Positions 47,084 through 61,042 are shown, counted from the stretch's first letter. The stretch: 64,000 nt of DNA from Takakia lepidozioides (GCA_030704615.1 CM060733.1:57164001-57228000), one strand, 5' to 3'. A program made the numbers and translations. The notes: generated from the letters alone by a model not told the origin.

Positions 47084-48056
47084 CTAATTTTTATCACCTT
47101 CGTCTCCGGCTTGGCTACCGCTTTCTTTCCTCATCCCTTCTTGAATCTGTTTAACAACGTTCACTCCCCGAGGATTATGGAGTCGAGGAAGATGTGAAAA
47201 GCGGACCTGATTCACCTCAGCATTGGCACTTTCCACCTGATTTACAGAGACAGGATCCACATTCACTTCTTCCATGGACCTTGATACATGAGCTCCCCTT
47301 GGATCGTGAATGTGCTGTGGCAGGTGAGCAAACCTTGGCCCAGTGTTATCATCCTGAAATGTGTTGCCGTGATCATCTGGTACTGAGCCAGACTCTTCTG
47401 TCTCCCTTTGATTATGGGGTTCAGGCAGATGCACAGGATTCGAGGTTCTCGCTCCTTGATGAGAAAGCCCTACACCTCTGGGATTGCGTAGTCGCATCGG
47501 GAGGTGCATAAAGGTTGGTTTAGCATGCGCATCATCAGCTCCTACTCCGTCGTTCATAAGCTGCACACAGGCATGAGAAGATGTTAAATTACAAGAACGA
47601 AATATCTATTGAAATTGTTAGACTTGCTTCAATAGCGTGCAGACATGACGAAGTTGAGCAAAACATCGTGTGATTGCGCGACAAATGCTAGATACATCAC
47701 AAGATAAGTACATAGGATAAGTACATAGGATAAGTAGAGTCACCATATGAGAAACCAACAAGCATGCTTCATGAATCCCTAGAATTCACAATGGAATTTC
47801 ACTTTATGTCAGTTACGATCATTCCAAATTCTGTCAAGCTATTTCTCTCCTAACATGCACATATTTTGCATGCCATGATAGTGTTGGATTTGTTCCAATC
47901 GAACTCCATAACATGGAAAATGGATTATTTGAGAGAGAAAACATGGACATACGCACATTTTCTGTTTCTTAACAAAAATGATTGATAATAAAAACTCACC
48001 AGCGCTACCATTAATGCAAAACACAGAGCAACCGTGACTTTGTTCTTAATATTCAT
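47084..48056 (-). CDS. Putative secreted peptide precursor, 177 aa, with repeated FxHLP-x(2-3)-(H/R)(N/D)PRG motifs
   Basis: Exon 48056-48000 (MNIKNKVTVALCFALMVAL, signal-peptide-like) with a GTGAG donor. Phase-0 intron to a CAG acceptor, then exon 47560-47084. Confidence 0.75.
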
Positions 48057-49240
48057 CTGCCAACAAGTCGTGAACACCTTTGGTCAGTACTACCGGGATG
48101 TCTGTATCGAATAAGGAGAAACCTACTGTAAGCACACTGGTTGTGCACATGTTTTTATTTAGTTAGAAACTCCTATCCTCGATCGGAATAAGTAGACGTC
48201 ACCGAATTTTACTTTTCTGCTGACGTTGTCACATGTACAAGAAGCGGCCTCAGATCTTACGAAATGACAAACTGTCGTGATTCCTTAGCTCGTGGCCCTT
48301 GTCGGTGACGATCATCACACAGGGTCCACTATATTACACAGTTTCTGGGTTTGAAGATCATTACAGAGGAGGTATTCAATAACACTCGAGCAAAATGGCA
48401 ACTAATCAAGAGCAGAATCAAACTAGCATAACAGGTGAACCTCAGTTTCCACACCGCCATTACACCTTCTCTGCTGTTAAGACACGAAACTTCCATGGTA
48501 TAGATAGCAACGCCATTCAAGAAAACGATATCTACCTCAAACTTAAAAGGTTCGACATACATGGCTAGATTCATCGACCGGTTTCTAATTCCATGCCTCA
48601 TCACGTCGTGACATCGAACCCCCTAGTATGCCGAATGAGCGTATAGCTTACTACTTTTGAACAAATAAATAGAAGAAATGTCCTCATTGCTTCTATGCCC
48701 TCAAATCCTGTAATGATCTTAAAGAAATGACTTGAAAATCCTTCTGGCTTGTAGACACAGACTCTGCATATATCGTGGCAACGTCAATGAAGTTGCCTCA
48801 AACCCTAAGTTACGTGAGCAGATTGCCAGAAACAAATATCCGCAGAAGATGAGGCGTTTGGATAACGCTAACTTAAGCCTAGATTAGAAGTACAACAGAA
48901 ATTGCATGAAAGTGTGAAAGATCACTGACGTGTCCAACATTTGGCACTGGTGCATTTTCGTCGGACGCCATACCTGCAAGCTCCGCGAGGCAGTAAACTC
49001 TGCAGCTGACACAATGCACAAATTGAACGTCTTAGCACCAGATTCAATCATCCAACCTTAACATACCAGAAATTGACTGAAAACGTAAGGAGCAGCGCTC
49101 GCAAGTGCGCTCAGACTAACAATCTTGCACCGAAGTACACAATATGTTCAAGAAAAAGACGCCGCTTCTGAAAGGGACTAAAAGCCAGCAGTACTCACTC
49201 AATCGCTGAAAACCTTTCCAATTACGAATCAGAGAAATGA

Positions 49241-49785
49241 TACTATTCCTCATAAATCCTAAACGATGTCTACAACGTAGCACAAGAAGGCGGAGCGTCA
49301 ACCATAAAACCGCTCCTCAACAGATAACCTTCAAATAGACACAACAGCCAAAACTAAGAAGCCAGAAACGGCCTCAGCATACAATAAACCAAGCTCGACG
49401 CAAAAGGGAATTGGAACTACGCCTCCCGAGCAACTATCATACTCCATAAACATCAAAATTATTGCACCTCAGCGCAACCTCACCTTAGAACCGAAAATGG
49501 CACTACTCCTCATAAATGCTAACTAATCTCAAACACGAAGCACAAGAAGGCGGAGTGTCAATCATAAAACGATCCTAAAATAGAAAACCTTCTAATAGAA
49601 GCTCAAAACTCACACCAGCCGGAAACGGCCGCAACAGACAACCAACCAAGCTCGAAGCTAAAGAGAAGGAAATAACATAATTCCCTAGCCTAAATGCAAA
49701 CTATCACACTCCAGAACAACATCAAAATTATTGCAACTGAGTAGAAAACCTCAGCGGACGAACGTCCTCACCTTATAACCAAAAT
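49241..49785. repeat. Diverged tandem duplication (~260-280 bp) including a minus-strand splice donor
   Basis: cctcataaat...gcacaagaaggcggag...cataaaac...catcaaaattattgca...cctcacctta occurs twice. Confidence 0.8.
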
Positions 49786-49937
49786 GATTGCCGATGCGCC
49801 GCTGCAAAGTTTACCAAAAGAATCACCTCACACAAACATGATCTCAATGTCCGAGAGCTCAACACGCCGCTGCGAAGCCGCCGTCCTTCAGTGAAGAACT
49901 TACAAGAAGAGCGTCGGAGGTTTTGCAAGCTCTGTGT

Positions 49938-50280
49938 GCTTGAGCGCGCTCTGCAACAACACAGCTTCCCAACGCAGCCTTCTTGTGATACCTCGCCTGA
50001 GTATCATCCGTGTATCACATGAGTATCACCAGGGTATAGCATCAATATCGCCTGAGTATGCCCTAGGTATCGATCAAAAAGTAAACATGGAAAACTCCCC
50101 GGGAGAAGCTTGAGCGTGCTCTGCGATTTTGTGATGCCTCGCCTGAGTATCATCCGGGTATCACATCGGTATCACTTGAGTATTGCACTAGTATCGCACG
50201 GATATGACTTAGGTGTCGGTAGAAAAGTGGACATGGGAAACTCCAGGCTGCGAGAAGCGTCGTTGAGCGTGCTGTGCAAG
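49938..50280. repeat. Short tandem duplication (~170 bp)
   Basis: cttgagcg-gctctgc and cctcgcctgagtatcatccg-gtatcacat recur about 150-170 bp apart. Confidence 0.7.
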
Positions 50281-52014
50281 CTGACTGACAAGAATTTATG
50301 GCAATCAGAGCGGACTGCACTTTCATGCGCTCTGAAACTTCCTCTCGCGTAGATTTCCAGTGAAATTGAGTTTCGAGAAATGTAGATTTCAGAAAAGCGG
50401 CATTGCAGTTCTCGGCTACAGCCTTCCGTGTGGCATGCTGTACTACAGGAAAGATGGATGAATGAGCCCCTCGTGAATGAGCTAATATGATACTTAGATG
50501 ATAGTTCTATGAATATAGTTTTAGAATTAGTTCTGGAATGGGGGAACTATTTTACAGCAATGCAAAGGTAATACAGTGCCACTCAGTTTTACAACTTCTG
50601 CATCCACTGAACTGCTAGCCAACTTCTGCCAACTTCTGCCATCTTTCGACTTCGTTCTGTGTTCACAATCCATTGCTGACACATCATAATCCTTGTTATG
50701 GTTGTTCATAATGAACACAATTGTCTTTTTATCAATTAAAGCTGGCATTACAGTACTCACAAATTGATCGAGTGTAGACAAAATGTTTATAGTTTGCTTA
50801 CAATGTTCTTCCCGGTGGCCAGGTGAAGACAAATTGCTTCAGGACTTCACAATTATTCATAGATGAAATGCTAATTCGGTCATCTCTCATTAGGGAAAAA
50901 CCAGTAAATATGACCTGGAAATTTGATCAGATTGTATTTGCTGGTGCTGTAAAGGGTTAAGCATGTGCATTCATACTGTAGTGCAAGATCAGCTTCATGC
51001 TTGTTGTCGTAGTTATTCCTGCACTAACAGGAACACGAGTAATGTCATAATTTGGTTCAATACAAGGTAAGAAAAACCATGGTTCCTGGGAGGCATAAAC
51101 AGACACAAATGCTGTTCGAAGCTAAGGTAAGATGGAATGTCACCAACCTGATTGAGAAAATGTGCATGGAACCCCTGAGGCACCCGCCGAGGCAGCTCTA
51201 CCACTGCCACTGGCTCTGGTGTTCACCTGCCCATGTACGCCATATTGATCCGGAGAAACTCTACAGGTAAGTTGAAGAGTTGTCTATGCTTGACATCACC
51301 GGTTACCAAGTTCAATCGATACTCGTATCTGCAACTCAATTAGAGAATTTGTCAGTTGCCTTGAAGCCTGTCCTATCAGTCGATTCGATTCATATCCAGG
51401 TCCTCAATACGATCCTATCAAAGCGAATTAATTAAGTTGGAGGAGTGTAGTAAGAATGCCCTCCTTGGTTACAACTTGGTAGATCAATCGTGGAGCCCTT
51501 AATCTCCACGCAAACGAGAACATCTCCCCTTCAGGACATTTAAATTTTATCAATGGATCCGTTTCCGCATGTATGCATGGAACGAGACCTTTGGTGTTGC
51601 CATGGTGATGCCATAGTCGGCTAATTCCGTATGACTGATTTGATTTATACCAGTATGATCATGCATATATTTATGTATCCTTTGATTTATCATGCTCTGA
51701 AAGGACACATTTTCTCACAACAGCAAGCGAATTTTAAAGCTGTGTACCTTACAATGGAAGAAGCTTCAATTTGAGTCAAAAGGAAAAAAAATGACAAAAT
51801 AAATGTTGTGTGCTGACCTGTAATAGGGTCTATCTTTGGGTGGGCTGTGAATGAGTGTGGCAATTTTTTCTCGAAGTCTTCCAGACCCACTGTTTGCAGG
51901 TCCCCGTCTTCCAATACCCTTATGACATCTGCAAAAACCATGCACCTCAACACTATCACTAACGAGGACAATGGATCATATATTTTACTCTTTTTGTCCT
52001 TTAACTGAAGTTAA

Positions 52015-52480
52015 AAGGACCATGCTTTGCAAAGGCTGTGCACAACAAGGGCGCAGAATGGAGGCTTTGGAGACCTATGAGCAAATGACGGGGGAAGGGG
52101 TGAAGCCTGACCACATAACATTTGTGTGCGTGTGCAAGCCTGGCAGCCCTGGAAAAGGGCAAAGAGGTCCATGGTTGCATCGTCAAAGCTGGAAATGTAC
52201 CAAATGTAATTCTGAACAATACCCATGTCGAGAGCTCAAGGGCGGGTACACCAAACTCACTCCAAACAGCCATGTAGCTGTTCTAGGGCACGCTGACATG
52301 CTCTCTTTCACCACCAAGAGCTGAATGGATGATATTTTAGCAGGGTTGAAGGTGTCTTCCCACCCGACAGATGCGTACCCCAAGGTATGCGATCATTCAA
52401 GCTCAAAGGCATGAAGCATCGCATTCCACGACACCACATCTCAGTCAGCCATAGTGTTGAACACTTCGGCCTCCGCATCC
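52015..52480. pseudogene. PPR fragments in both orientations inside a CCD1 intron
   Basis: 52015-52225 (+) MEALETYEQMTGEGVKPDHITFVCV matches 4730-4920. 52415-52480 (-) matches 36742-36808. Confidence 0.85.
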
Positions 52481-52649
52481 TCAGGTCAGTTGAATCGCAT
52501 GCCTAATACCAGATACCCTAGGAAGATTAAGATTGGAAGCAAGACCATCCTGATGTTCTTTGTGCTTCTGACATAGCCTTAGACACTTCAGACTCCAACT
52601 CAGCTTCATCTAGCAGGGTCAGTTCTTCCTGCCTAATATTCAGGTACTT

Positions 52650-53490
52650 GAAAATCTCCTCTCCCCTTTTCCACCAGGACACGATATGAAATTAGGCACA
52701 AAACTTCCATGAACTTGTTTCCAGTCTGTGATATGGGTAAGGACCTTAAGGATGACCTTAAGGGCCTACCTACCCTCGGCACTAGACTAATTGTAACTCG
52801 GGATAGGGAGGCCACCTTTGAACAATAAATAGATGCAGAGAAGAAAGGGAGGTTGCCAATGCCTGATTCACAGGCTGCCTGAAGACAATATCCATCTTCT
52901 GATACACTGTCTGGGGTATTCTAATCAGAGAGCGACCCTCATCAGGTGAACATAGTCCCTGCACCTCTGTTCACCAACTTCCAAAATCTCAAGGGCCCTG
53001 GCCCTGTTGGGGTCTAACTTGGGCAGATCACACACAGCAGATTGATGCTTGTATGAAGCACTGTTTTAGCTGCTTGAACCGCTTTTTGTGTATGTGCATC
53101 TCAGTTACAACTGGAGGAGAACTCAACACCAAGGTATGTGAGCACAGGGATGTCTTTTTGGCCCACATCCATTGGAGATCCCCTCCTCCCTCCCCACAAT
53201 TATTACCAACATTGGCTTCTAGGCTCCACAGGTTACAGTACCTCTGCGCACAATCAACCAACTCCTGAAGATTGGATGGCGTATCCCTAGGCTCCCCAAA
53301 GTCATCCACATACATTGAAGGCTGGTATGCTGCCATCACCCACCTTGAACCCAAATCCCTCAATTTCCTCGTCTTCAAGGAGCTGGTTTATGATAACATT
53401 GAAGAGCATTGAGGAGAGGGTACAACCTTGAGCTACACCTTGATCAATGTCAAAGAAATTAGACTTCTGGCCATCAACAACTTTTTGAAA
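52650..53490. mobile_element. Degenerate fragments of the same LINE family inside the CCD1 intron
   Basis: 52690-53000 (+) is the reverse complement of ~37650-37970 (aacttgtttccagtc, gatgacct-aaggg-ctacc). 53280-53490 matches 38040-38240. Confidence 0.85.
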
Positions 53491-56400
53491 GTGCTGAAGG
53501 AGCTTGGCAAGGAAAGGCTACCATGTATGCCACACTTCCTTCAAGGCTCTTGTTTGACCAGTCTTCTAAGTAGGGTGAGAAAAGTTCATTGGCATTTCTA
53601 TCCCATACTATTCGCTTGGGCTCCAGATAGAGCCAAGAGTGACTGCTAGGACTTTAGTTTGCAGTTACACTAGCACTCCACAATAAGACGGTCACAGTGG
53701 GAAATTGCCAAAGTTTAGATATCCTTGGAGTTTCTAGCAACAAGGTGAAGAGTTGAGCATATAACAGCACTGGCACGAGATCTCAAAATCTCCCTCAAAA
53801 TAACAGGCTTGACAAACTGTGGCTTTCTCCATGTAGACCATGAAAGAGTTTGTCACAGAGGCCATTTTACTGACTCTGGCATGTATGGACTGGATTGTAC
53901 CTCCACTTGAGTTCAGCTACAATTTATGCTGTTCTTCATGAGCTGCAATAGCACCACTTAGTATTCGTATCGTACGTGGTCCCTCCTAAGCTATCAACCA
54001 TTTGGCCCAAGGTTTTTCCATGCTGTTTGCAAGATGCTTAGGAGTTCAGGGTCGGGGCTTGGTTTTTGGCTGTGGTGATAATACAGCTGCTCAGCTGCAC
54101 CCTGCAGTTTTCAGAGAGAAACCTGAGATCACCAGATGTCAGACCTACGCGGCACACAACAAAAGATGTGTTCAAACATGGGCTGTGGAGGAAGATGAGC
54201 CGGACTTGCATTGAGCCTGGTCTCGGCAGCCTTGTCCTCCACAAGCCTTGTCCTCACAAGGTTTATCTCCCTCTTGAAGCGCAAGAAGCTTCTTGTTGTG
54301 ATAGACAAGAGCCGTGTTGGCTGGCAATGACATCAAATCCTTGTACAATGTTTCAATTATGAAAGCCATGATTACCAAAACATTAGGTTACTTGAAGAAC
54401 AACACCTTATTGTAGCCTGCTTATACCTCCTGGGTTGACGAGGATCATTTCAAACTTCATCAAATTTGAAATGAACTGCCTACAAAACTAGTTTATATAC
54501 TATATTGATCAGCATTAGCTTCCCAAAAAAATAAAGGAATACTGTACCGCTGGCTGAATCATGTAAGGCCCCCTCGGAAGGAGTATGCAGGACACCTAAG
54601 ATCCTCCGAAGCACCTGAAGTGCAACGCAGTAAATTCCCTTCATGCCTTTCATGTCCCCACCTGCACCAACGACCCCAAACGACAATAAGTACTTGATAT
54701 TCAATTGCCAGCCGGGTAATGTCATCTATTTGGCTCTAAGAATCACTAGCACTGGCCCAGCGTATAATTTATATGAAAACAGAGTGTTACAATACCTTCA
54801 TGAATTTGGGTGCTCCGTAACGCTCCTCTTGTTGGAACCGAGATGTTTGAACATAACACGCCACATAGGTGGCCTTGCCATTCTTCATTTGCAATCCATG
54901 GATCATTCTGCAGAGGAAGAACCAACAATATTAACATTGATCACTAATTGAGCCATTTTGCAGTGGCTTCCAACATGTTTGCAGTATTTACAAAGCCAAA
55001 TCGTCATATATAAGAACTTGGCTGTAGATTGATACACGTCTCCATCAAACCTGCAAATAGTACATGAACACTAGTGAATGTCATTGATATTCTCATCAAC
55101 ATAGCTGCTCGAATTAATGGTTCCTGCTGAACCATGCAAATCCCACATCACATGTGCTAGCAAAGAATTGTAAATATTACCAGTGATATCCACCGAGCGG
55201 CATGTATCTTGGGTTCGGACCCACTCGCATAAATTCGCCATTCATGCACTCCTATCACAACACAAGGCATAATCAGCGGCTCTTAAGATCAGCCATACAA
55301 ATATCGCATTCTCCACAAAAACTTGTTGCATCCACATAAAAACCCCGGCCCGCTAGAAATTACATACAAAAATTACATACAGGGATGGTGCCGGTGATAT
55401 GGAGGTCTGTTGTCGGGGCCATCTCTGGCACAGGCTCGAAATTATTAGCCCTGCAAAAGTAGTTCATCCGCTTTTCGGCAGCCACTCTGTCATGAGCATT
55501 CGGGTCGGAGGTGAATATCATCGTTTCAAGATGATCACACAATGAAACTGCCCAGTAGGGCGCAGCAGCTGCTGCACACTGAATCATTCGAAATCTAGCA
55601 CCCGAATTGGGTCGACTCCGCGAGACGTTAGTGGCTGTAGCGAACTCGGAATACAAAGTTTGTTGCAACAGGCGAGTCAGGTGACGTGTGGGTGTCCATG
55701 AGCCAGTTGCGAGATGAAGCTGCCCAAAATGATCCCCTGCTCTAAGGCGGCCATAGCTGTTCCAATGACAGGAGTGGAGGTTCGATTATCACTTTGAACT
55801 GAGCCCCAGCCAAGACCAGCTTCGACTGACTAAGTTAGTCTTACTGTTCACCTGTTTAAATTATCAAATAGAAGAACATCAGGCTGGTGATCTCAGGCCC
55901 AGCGAGCCTGTTCCATCATACACTAAAAACATTTGGGGTCTGCACTGACTGGGCATCAGTAATTTGCACAAAGGACTCGGACATTTTGTCCGAAGCCCAT
56001 CCAGGAATTTGCCTTGGAAGTCCTCGATGAGTTTCCCACGAAGATTCACTCAATGAATGTCAGCCCTAAGTTTGCTTATGTCACGCATGACTACACAGAA
56101 TCACAGATAATGTGACGAACTTTTGCAAGACTTACGTGCCAGTAAAGGTTACCGCTTGTGTCCAAGAAAAAATATTACTAATTAAAAATATAAAAAGATA
56201 CCACAAGACTACTGTGTGAGATAGAGAAACATTTCTCTTCGGTTTGATATCTGACACCAGACTTACACGTTATATTTTATCACGTATACAATGCATTTTA
56301 GAGTCAAAGCCTATGCTTCAGGAGTTAGCCACACTCATGTTATATGCTTCGAGATTGAATCACACCGTTTATTTGTTGTATTTGGGTAACTAGAGAGAGG

Positions 56401-57693
56401 AGGGAGGGCTGCGCCAGCCGAGATGGTAGTGCAAAACGAAGGCGACGTGCACGGGTCCGGGCAGCAAGCTAGCGGATGGACCCGCAACCAAGAAACATAG
56501 ATTAAACACATCACGAGGCTCGATGAGCCTCGTATCATATATGTTGAACTGATACAGTCCCTCTATTCATGATACTCCATGACCTCATGGGAAATACCGA
56601 AATGTCTGTCATCTTGTGGACAGCCGGACATCCTCATCGACTAGCCCTCAAGAACAGAGCATCAACAGAGGTGGGGCCTGGGTTAAAGATGTTCACCTCC
56701 AAATCACCCTGTGTTGTTTTCCCCAGCTCTCGACCATGCCCACACCCTCCTCCAAGTCGATTCAAAGGAACAAAATGAAACCTCCACAGCAGCTAGGGAG
56801 GCAGTAACTTCCAGAATGACTCACTTCAAATTCTCGAAACAAGAATCCAAAGCATCGCTGGCCTGGAATGAGTACTCCAGGTATAATTTTATTTGCGTGA
56901 GCAAGCCTTCTTCCTGATCTAGATGTAACAGTGCACAACGATTTCAGTTCTTCACTTGTGAACTTAAAACACGCATATAGAATACATATACCAGGCCTAC
57001 CATCTCACAGATGATGAGAGATCTATCAAAGAGATTGTAACCTATTTATGCATCAAAGTATCACTTACAGCTGCAGATCTTTCAGCTCTGCAGCATCTGC
57101 AGCGGCATTAACACATTGAGTGCAGATTGGACCCCATTTCGGAACCATTGTGGACGGATGACAAGCTTCGTCTAATTAATCCATTGTAGTCTTAGAATTT
57201 GACAAATGAACGAGGCCAGCAGGACACGAACCAAAATATCACTAACGTTGTTGTGTAAAAACAGAGAGGGTTGTACGTGTGTAGCTTTGCCTCACCTTCA
57301 CTGCTTCTTGCTTGTGATTTTTGGTATAGTGATCTCCCATAATTCGTCTATGTTAACCAGAATGACTCAACATGATGCCCTGTTTGCCTGCAATTATACT
57401 CACAGGGATTATCCTTTCAAGTTGTTAATAACTTTATTGATGAAAATTCGTGCATGTTATGAGTCTGCAACTCGAGTTGCCCAAAATTATGGCAACTCGT
57501 CTAACTATGCACGACAGTCGGAACTGCGACAAATTGATCTAAGTAAATACTATTCATTACAAAAAAAACGTAAGTTTCACATATAATGAAAGCTAGCCTA
57601 GTCTAAGTAGTACAGAAAATTTTAGAATCTACTGCGGAATGGAAGTTCAAAACCGGAGGTGAAGAGCAAAACTACAACACCATGATTACTGCT

Positions 57694-59915
57694 TCAATTG
57701 TCCAAGAGGTGCTCTTTGAGGTCCACTGACATCTGCCGGATGTCAATTTTGTAGACGTCGTGATGAGGCTCCAGAACACGGGCAAACAGAGACCGCTTGC
57801 GTCGTTGCTCCAATCCTTGACCATACACCACGAGGTAGAATCCTGCTACGGTTAACGCGCCTCCCAAAACTCTGCAATAAACCGAGACCACAATTGTACT
57901 TTATTTTTCGAAACCTAACATTCTGCAAGCATTCTGATAATCTCATTCAGATGAGGAGTTAGGAAGATGCAAAATCATGATATGCAATACAAGTTAAGGT
58001 GGCGATGGCATACATTCCCAGGTAGAGTGTGTCCTTGAGCAGGAGTACCGAGAACACGGCCACCATGAGCATCTGCAATGGGACGTATAACGACACAATG
58101 AAAGGGCCTCCCTTCTGCACGCACCAGGATTGTAGTAGCAGATTAAGCGTCGATGCGATCAATGCCTGCATTCATAAATCATCCCCCAAGCGCATCAGCC
58201 GAGTCCACGTACATTCTTTCAAGAAGTTGTTTGCTGCAAATTGAGAATGCTGATTAACGGAACTGTGATGGTGAACTTACCGCGTACAAAACCCCGATGA
58301 TCTGTGCTGAAGATGTGAGGATAAATTTTGCGAAGTGGAGCTTGCCTGCGCTGATGACTCCGAGAATGCACACTTGAATAAAACCGAAGAAGTATGTGCC
58401 GGCTGTCATGCTGAGAAGAGCAGGATACATCTTCATGACAGGAGCCTGCACATTAAAAAAACAGAAGAATGCTGATGTCAGTGGAAATCTTGGAAATCGA
58501 TTGGAAATCGACATCTTGGAAATCTTGGAAATCTTGATGCTGATCTTGATTTGAAGAACCCTAAAACCCCTCGAGCTATGACAAAGGTAGGACACTGTGC
58601 ATACCTGGTAAGTTAGATAAACACCCCAAGAGACGCAGTTCATGATGAGGAAGAAGATGCCCAAGTGATACTTGTTCACGCTAAACTGCACAATGTCGTG
58701 ATGAAGGAAGGCGCCGAGATTGGCAAATGGCTGCGTGTAGCCGGCGTCGGGGGTGTTGCTACCGCCTCCGAAGAGGGCAATGCCTTTGTATACCGACATG
58801 ATTACAGCTCCGCCGATGCACACTGCTGTTCCGACCACCTTAGCAACGCCCTCACGCCGCCGCAGGTTCACTTTTTCTAATCTGTAATTCCCATGCATAG
58901 CGTCAAGCAGCAATCGATTTGAGGTTCATGGCAGTTGAATTTAATGCTTACAACGTGAGAACAAACTTGTAATAAGGTTAAGGATTTAGGCACATGGAAT
59001 TAGGACATGGCCAGTGTACCCGAGTGCAGCAAGCAAGAAGGTGAACACAGGAATCATGTTCTGTGACACAGCAGCCATCAAGGGAGCTGTGAGTTGCAGC
59101 CCTGCGAGAAATAATTGTTGACTACCCACTACTCTGCAAGACAGCACATAAGCAAACCACCAGATCGAATCATTCCACAGATTGCCATGCCTTGCTGATC
59201 CATTGATGCAAACAGTTGGACTGACATCTTGAGGGGACTCAATCATAACCACCATCAAGATTTCCAACAAGAACCCCTCCCCATGATCGCGCAGTAATAA
59301 CGAAACACACATCACATTGCAGGTTACATAAGTAATCATCATTCATGAACAATCTATCCAATTGTGACGAAAATTGAGATCGTTCCAAGAGGGTGCGCGC
59401 TTACCCTGTCAATGCAAGAAGGTTCAAGCCACCAAAGATTTTGAGAGTCATCGGCGGTCTTTTTTCTCTGCAAATTGCGATCGATTGAGAGATTTGAACG
59501 CAGATGATTTAAGGCAGCTTGGAATTAGAATACAAACAAACACGGTGGCTCTGAACGCATTACACCAGCATGCAAGAAGTGGGTCGCCGTGGCCATGGCG
59601 ATGAGATTATAACCTTTCGTAGTAGTAAGCGATGGGGCCTAAGATGGCGAACGCAATCATGTTGCGGTACATGGAGAGGAGGAACTGGTTGAGCCCGGCG
59701 TCAAGCGCCACCCACGAGAACATTTGTAAGCCCGCGTATCCGAGCTGCACCAGCACGAGCGCGGCGTGCACCACTCGGATGCTGTGTGTCTTGGGCGGCA
59801 CCATGCTCGAGGGGATGAACTGCGAGCCCTCCTTCCGCGACTCCCCGCCTACCGTCACATCAACATCCTCCTCCCCCACCACCACATACTCCCGATCCTC
59901 TGCACTACTCCCCAT
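57694..59915 (-). CDS. WAT1-related / UMAMIT (nodulin MtN21, EamA) transporter, 7 exons
   Basis: LSMYRNMIAFAILGPIAYYYER|EKRPPMT; NMIPVFTFLLA; AKVVGTAVCIGGA; WCVQKGGPFIVSLYVPLQ; GGALTVAGFYLVVYG. GT-AG introns, no lesion noticed. Confidence 0.92.
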
Positions 59916-60436
59916 CCTGCACCACCGGCTTGAAAGAATGCGGGAAGAAGGCTGTCAACACGGAATCGCAACCCAATCACATAAAGGACCACTCGGATTG
60001 TAACATTCCCTACACTAAGCTCAACGCTCACTCCAATTCCGACTCCAAGATGCAACACGATCCCCAGTGGGCTACTCCTGATGATGCTACGACGTTGACT
60101 GCATGATTTTGAAAGAAGACGAAGAAGTATCTTTTCCTATCCAAAATCATGAGATGCAACCGAGGAGTGGAGAACAAGACCTACCTGTTTTTCAGAAGAA
60201 CTCACAGCTCCAGTCTCCAATCTCCTTTTCTTACCACCAACATCTTCCTCGCCCTCAATTTCGTCTCGTAGACTCCACAATTTGATAGACACATCCCATG
60301 ACCCTGAACATACCTAGCAACAACGATAACAATCATTAGATAGAGACATTTATTTTTGAGACATGATAAAGAAAATCTAAAAATCAGAGAATCACACCCA
60401 CATTGCTTAACATATCTAACATAAAGAACTGACGAA

Positions 60437-60934
60437 TTGTGAAACCCATATGGAACTCAAGGTCAAATTGAAATCAACTCCGAGCAACGATGGGTCCAAC
60501 TGAAAATACTCAGAGAATGCATGACCAGAACAGTCATGCACTCGAAGAGCATTTCCAGACATAAATGTGCCAGGGTTGTAACGGTCTTTGCCATAGAATC
60601 AAAAACTAGGTTCCTGAAGGCGACCTTGACCTGACATAACTCTGGACGTTAAGCATGCACCTGTAAGTATTTGCACTGTGTTGAGTAAAAAACAACGTTC
60701 CACATAAGAGGGTGACTTTATCAAGCACTGTGGAACCCATATGGAACTCAAGGTCAAACCAAAATCAACCCCGAGCAACGATGGATGCAACTGAAAGTAC
60801 TCAAAAGATGCACGACCAAAACAGTCGCACAGTCGTAGAGCGTTTCCAGACGTCAATGTGCCAGAGTTGTAACGGTCTTTGCCATGAAATCAAAAACTAG
60901 GTTCCTGAAGGCGACATTGACCTGACATAACTCT
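60437..60934. repeat. Direct duplication of ~205 bp, period ~292 bp
   Basis: aacccatatggaactcaaggtcaaa...gacctgacataactctg at 60443-60643 and 60734-60935. Confidence 0.9.
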
Positions 60935-61042
60935 GAAATCATAAATCTAAACTAATAGACTAAATCGCGTGCATAATCGCACTAAAAGTAATAAGAATTC
61001 CAAAAAATTACAACGCCTGACGAAGTTCTCTTCAGAAACCTA

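Larger units (their letters stand above)
50996..55754 (-). pseudogene. CCD1: Carotenoid cleavage dioxygenase 1-like pseudogene
   Basis: Exons NNFEPVPE; NGEFMRVGPNP..YHW; FDGD; MIHGLQMKNGKATYV; NTALVYHNKKLLALQEGDKP; [14 protein letters not shown]; GEMFSF; EFLRIN; VELPRRVPQGFHAHF. Frameshifts, stops and missing central exons. Confidence 0.85.
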
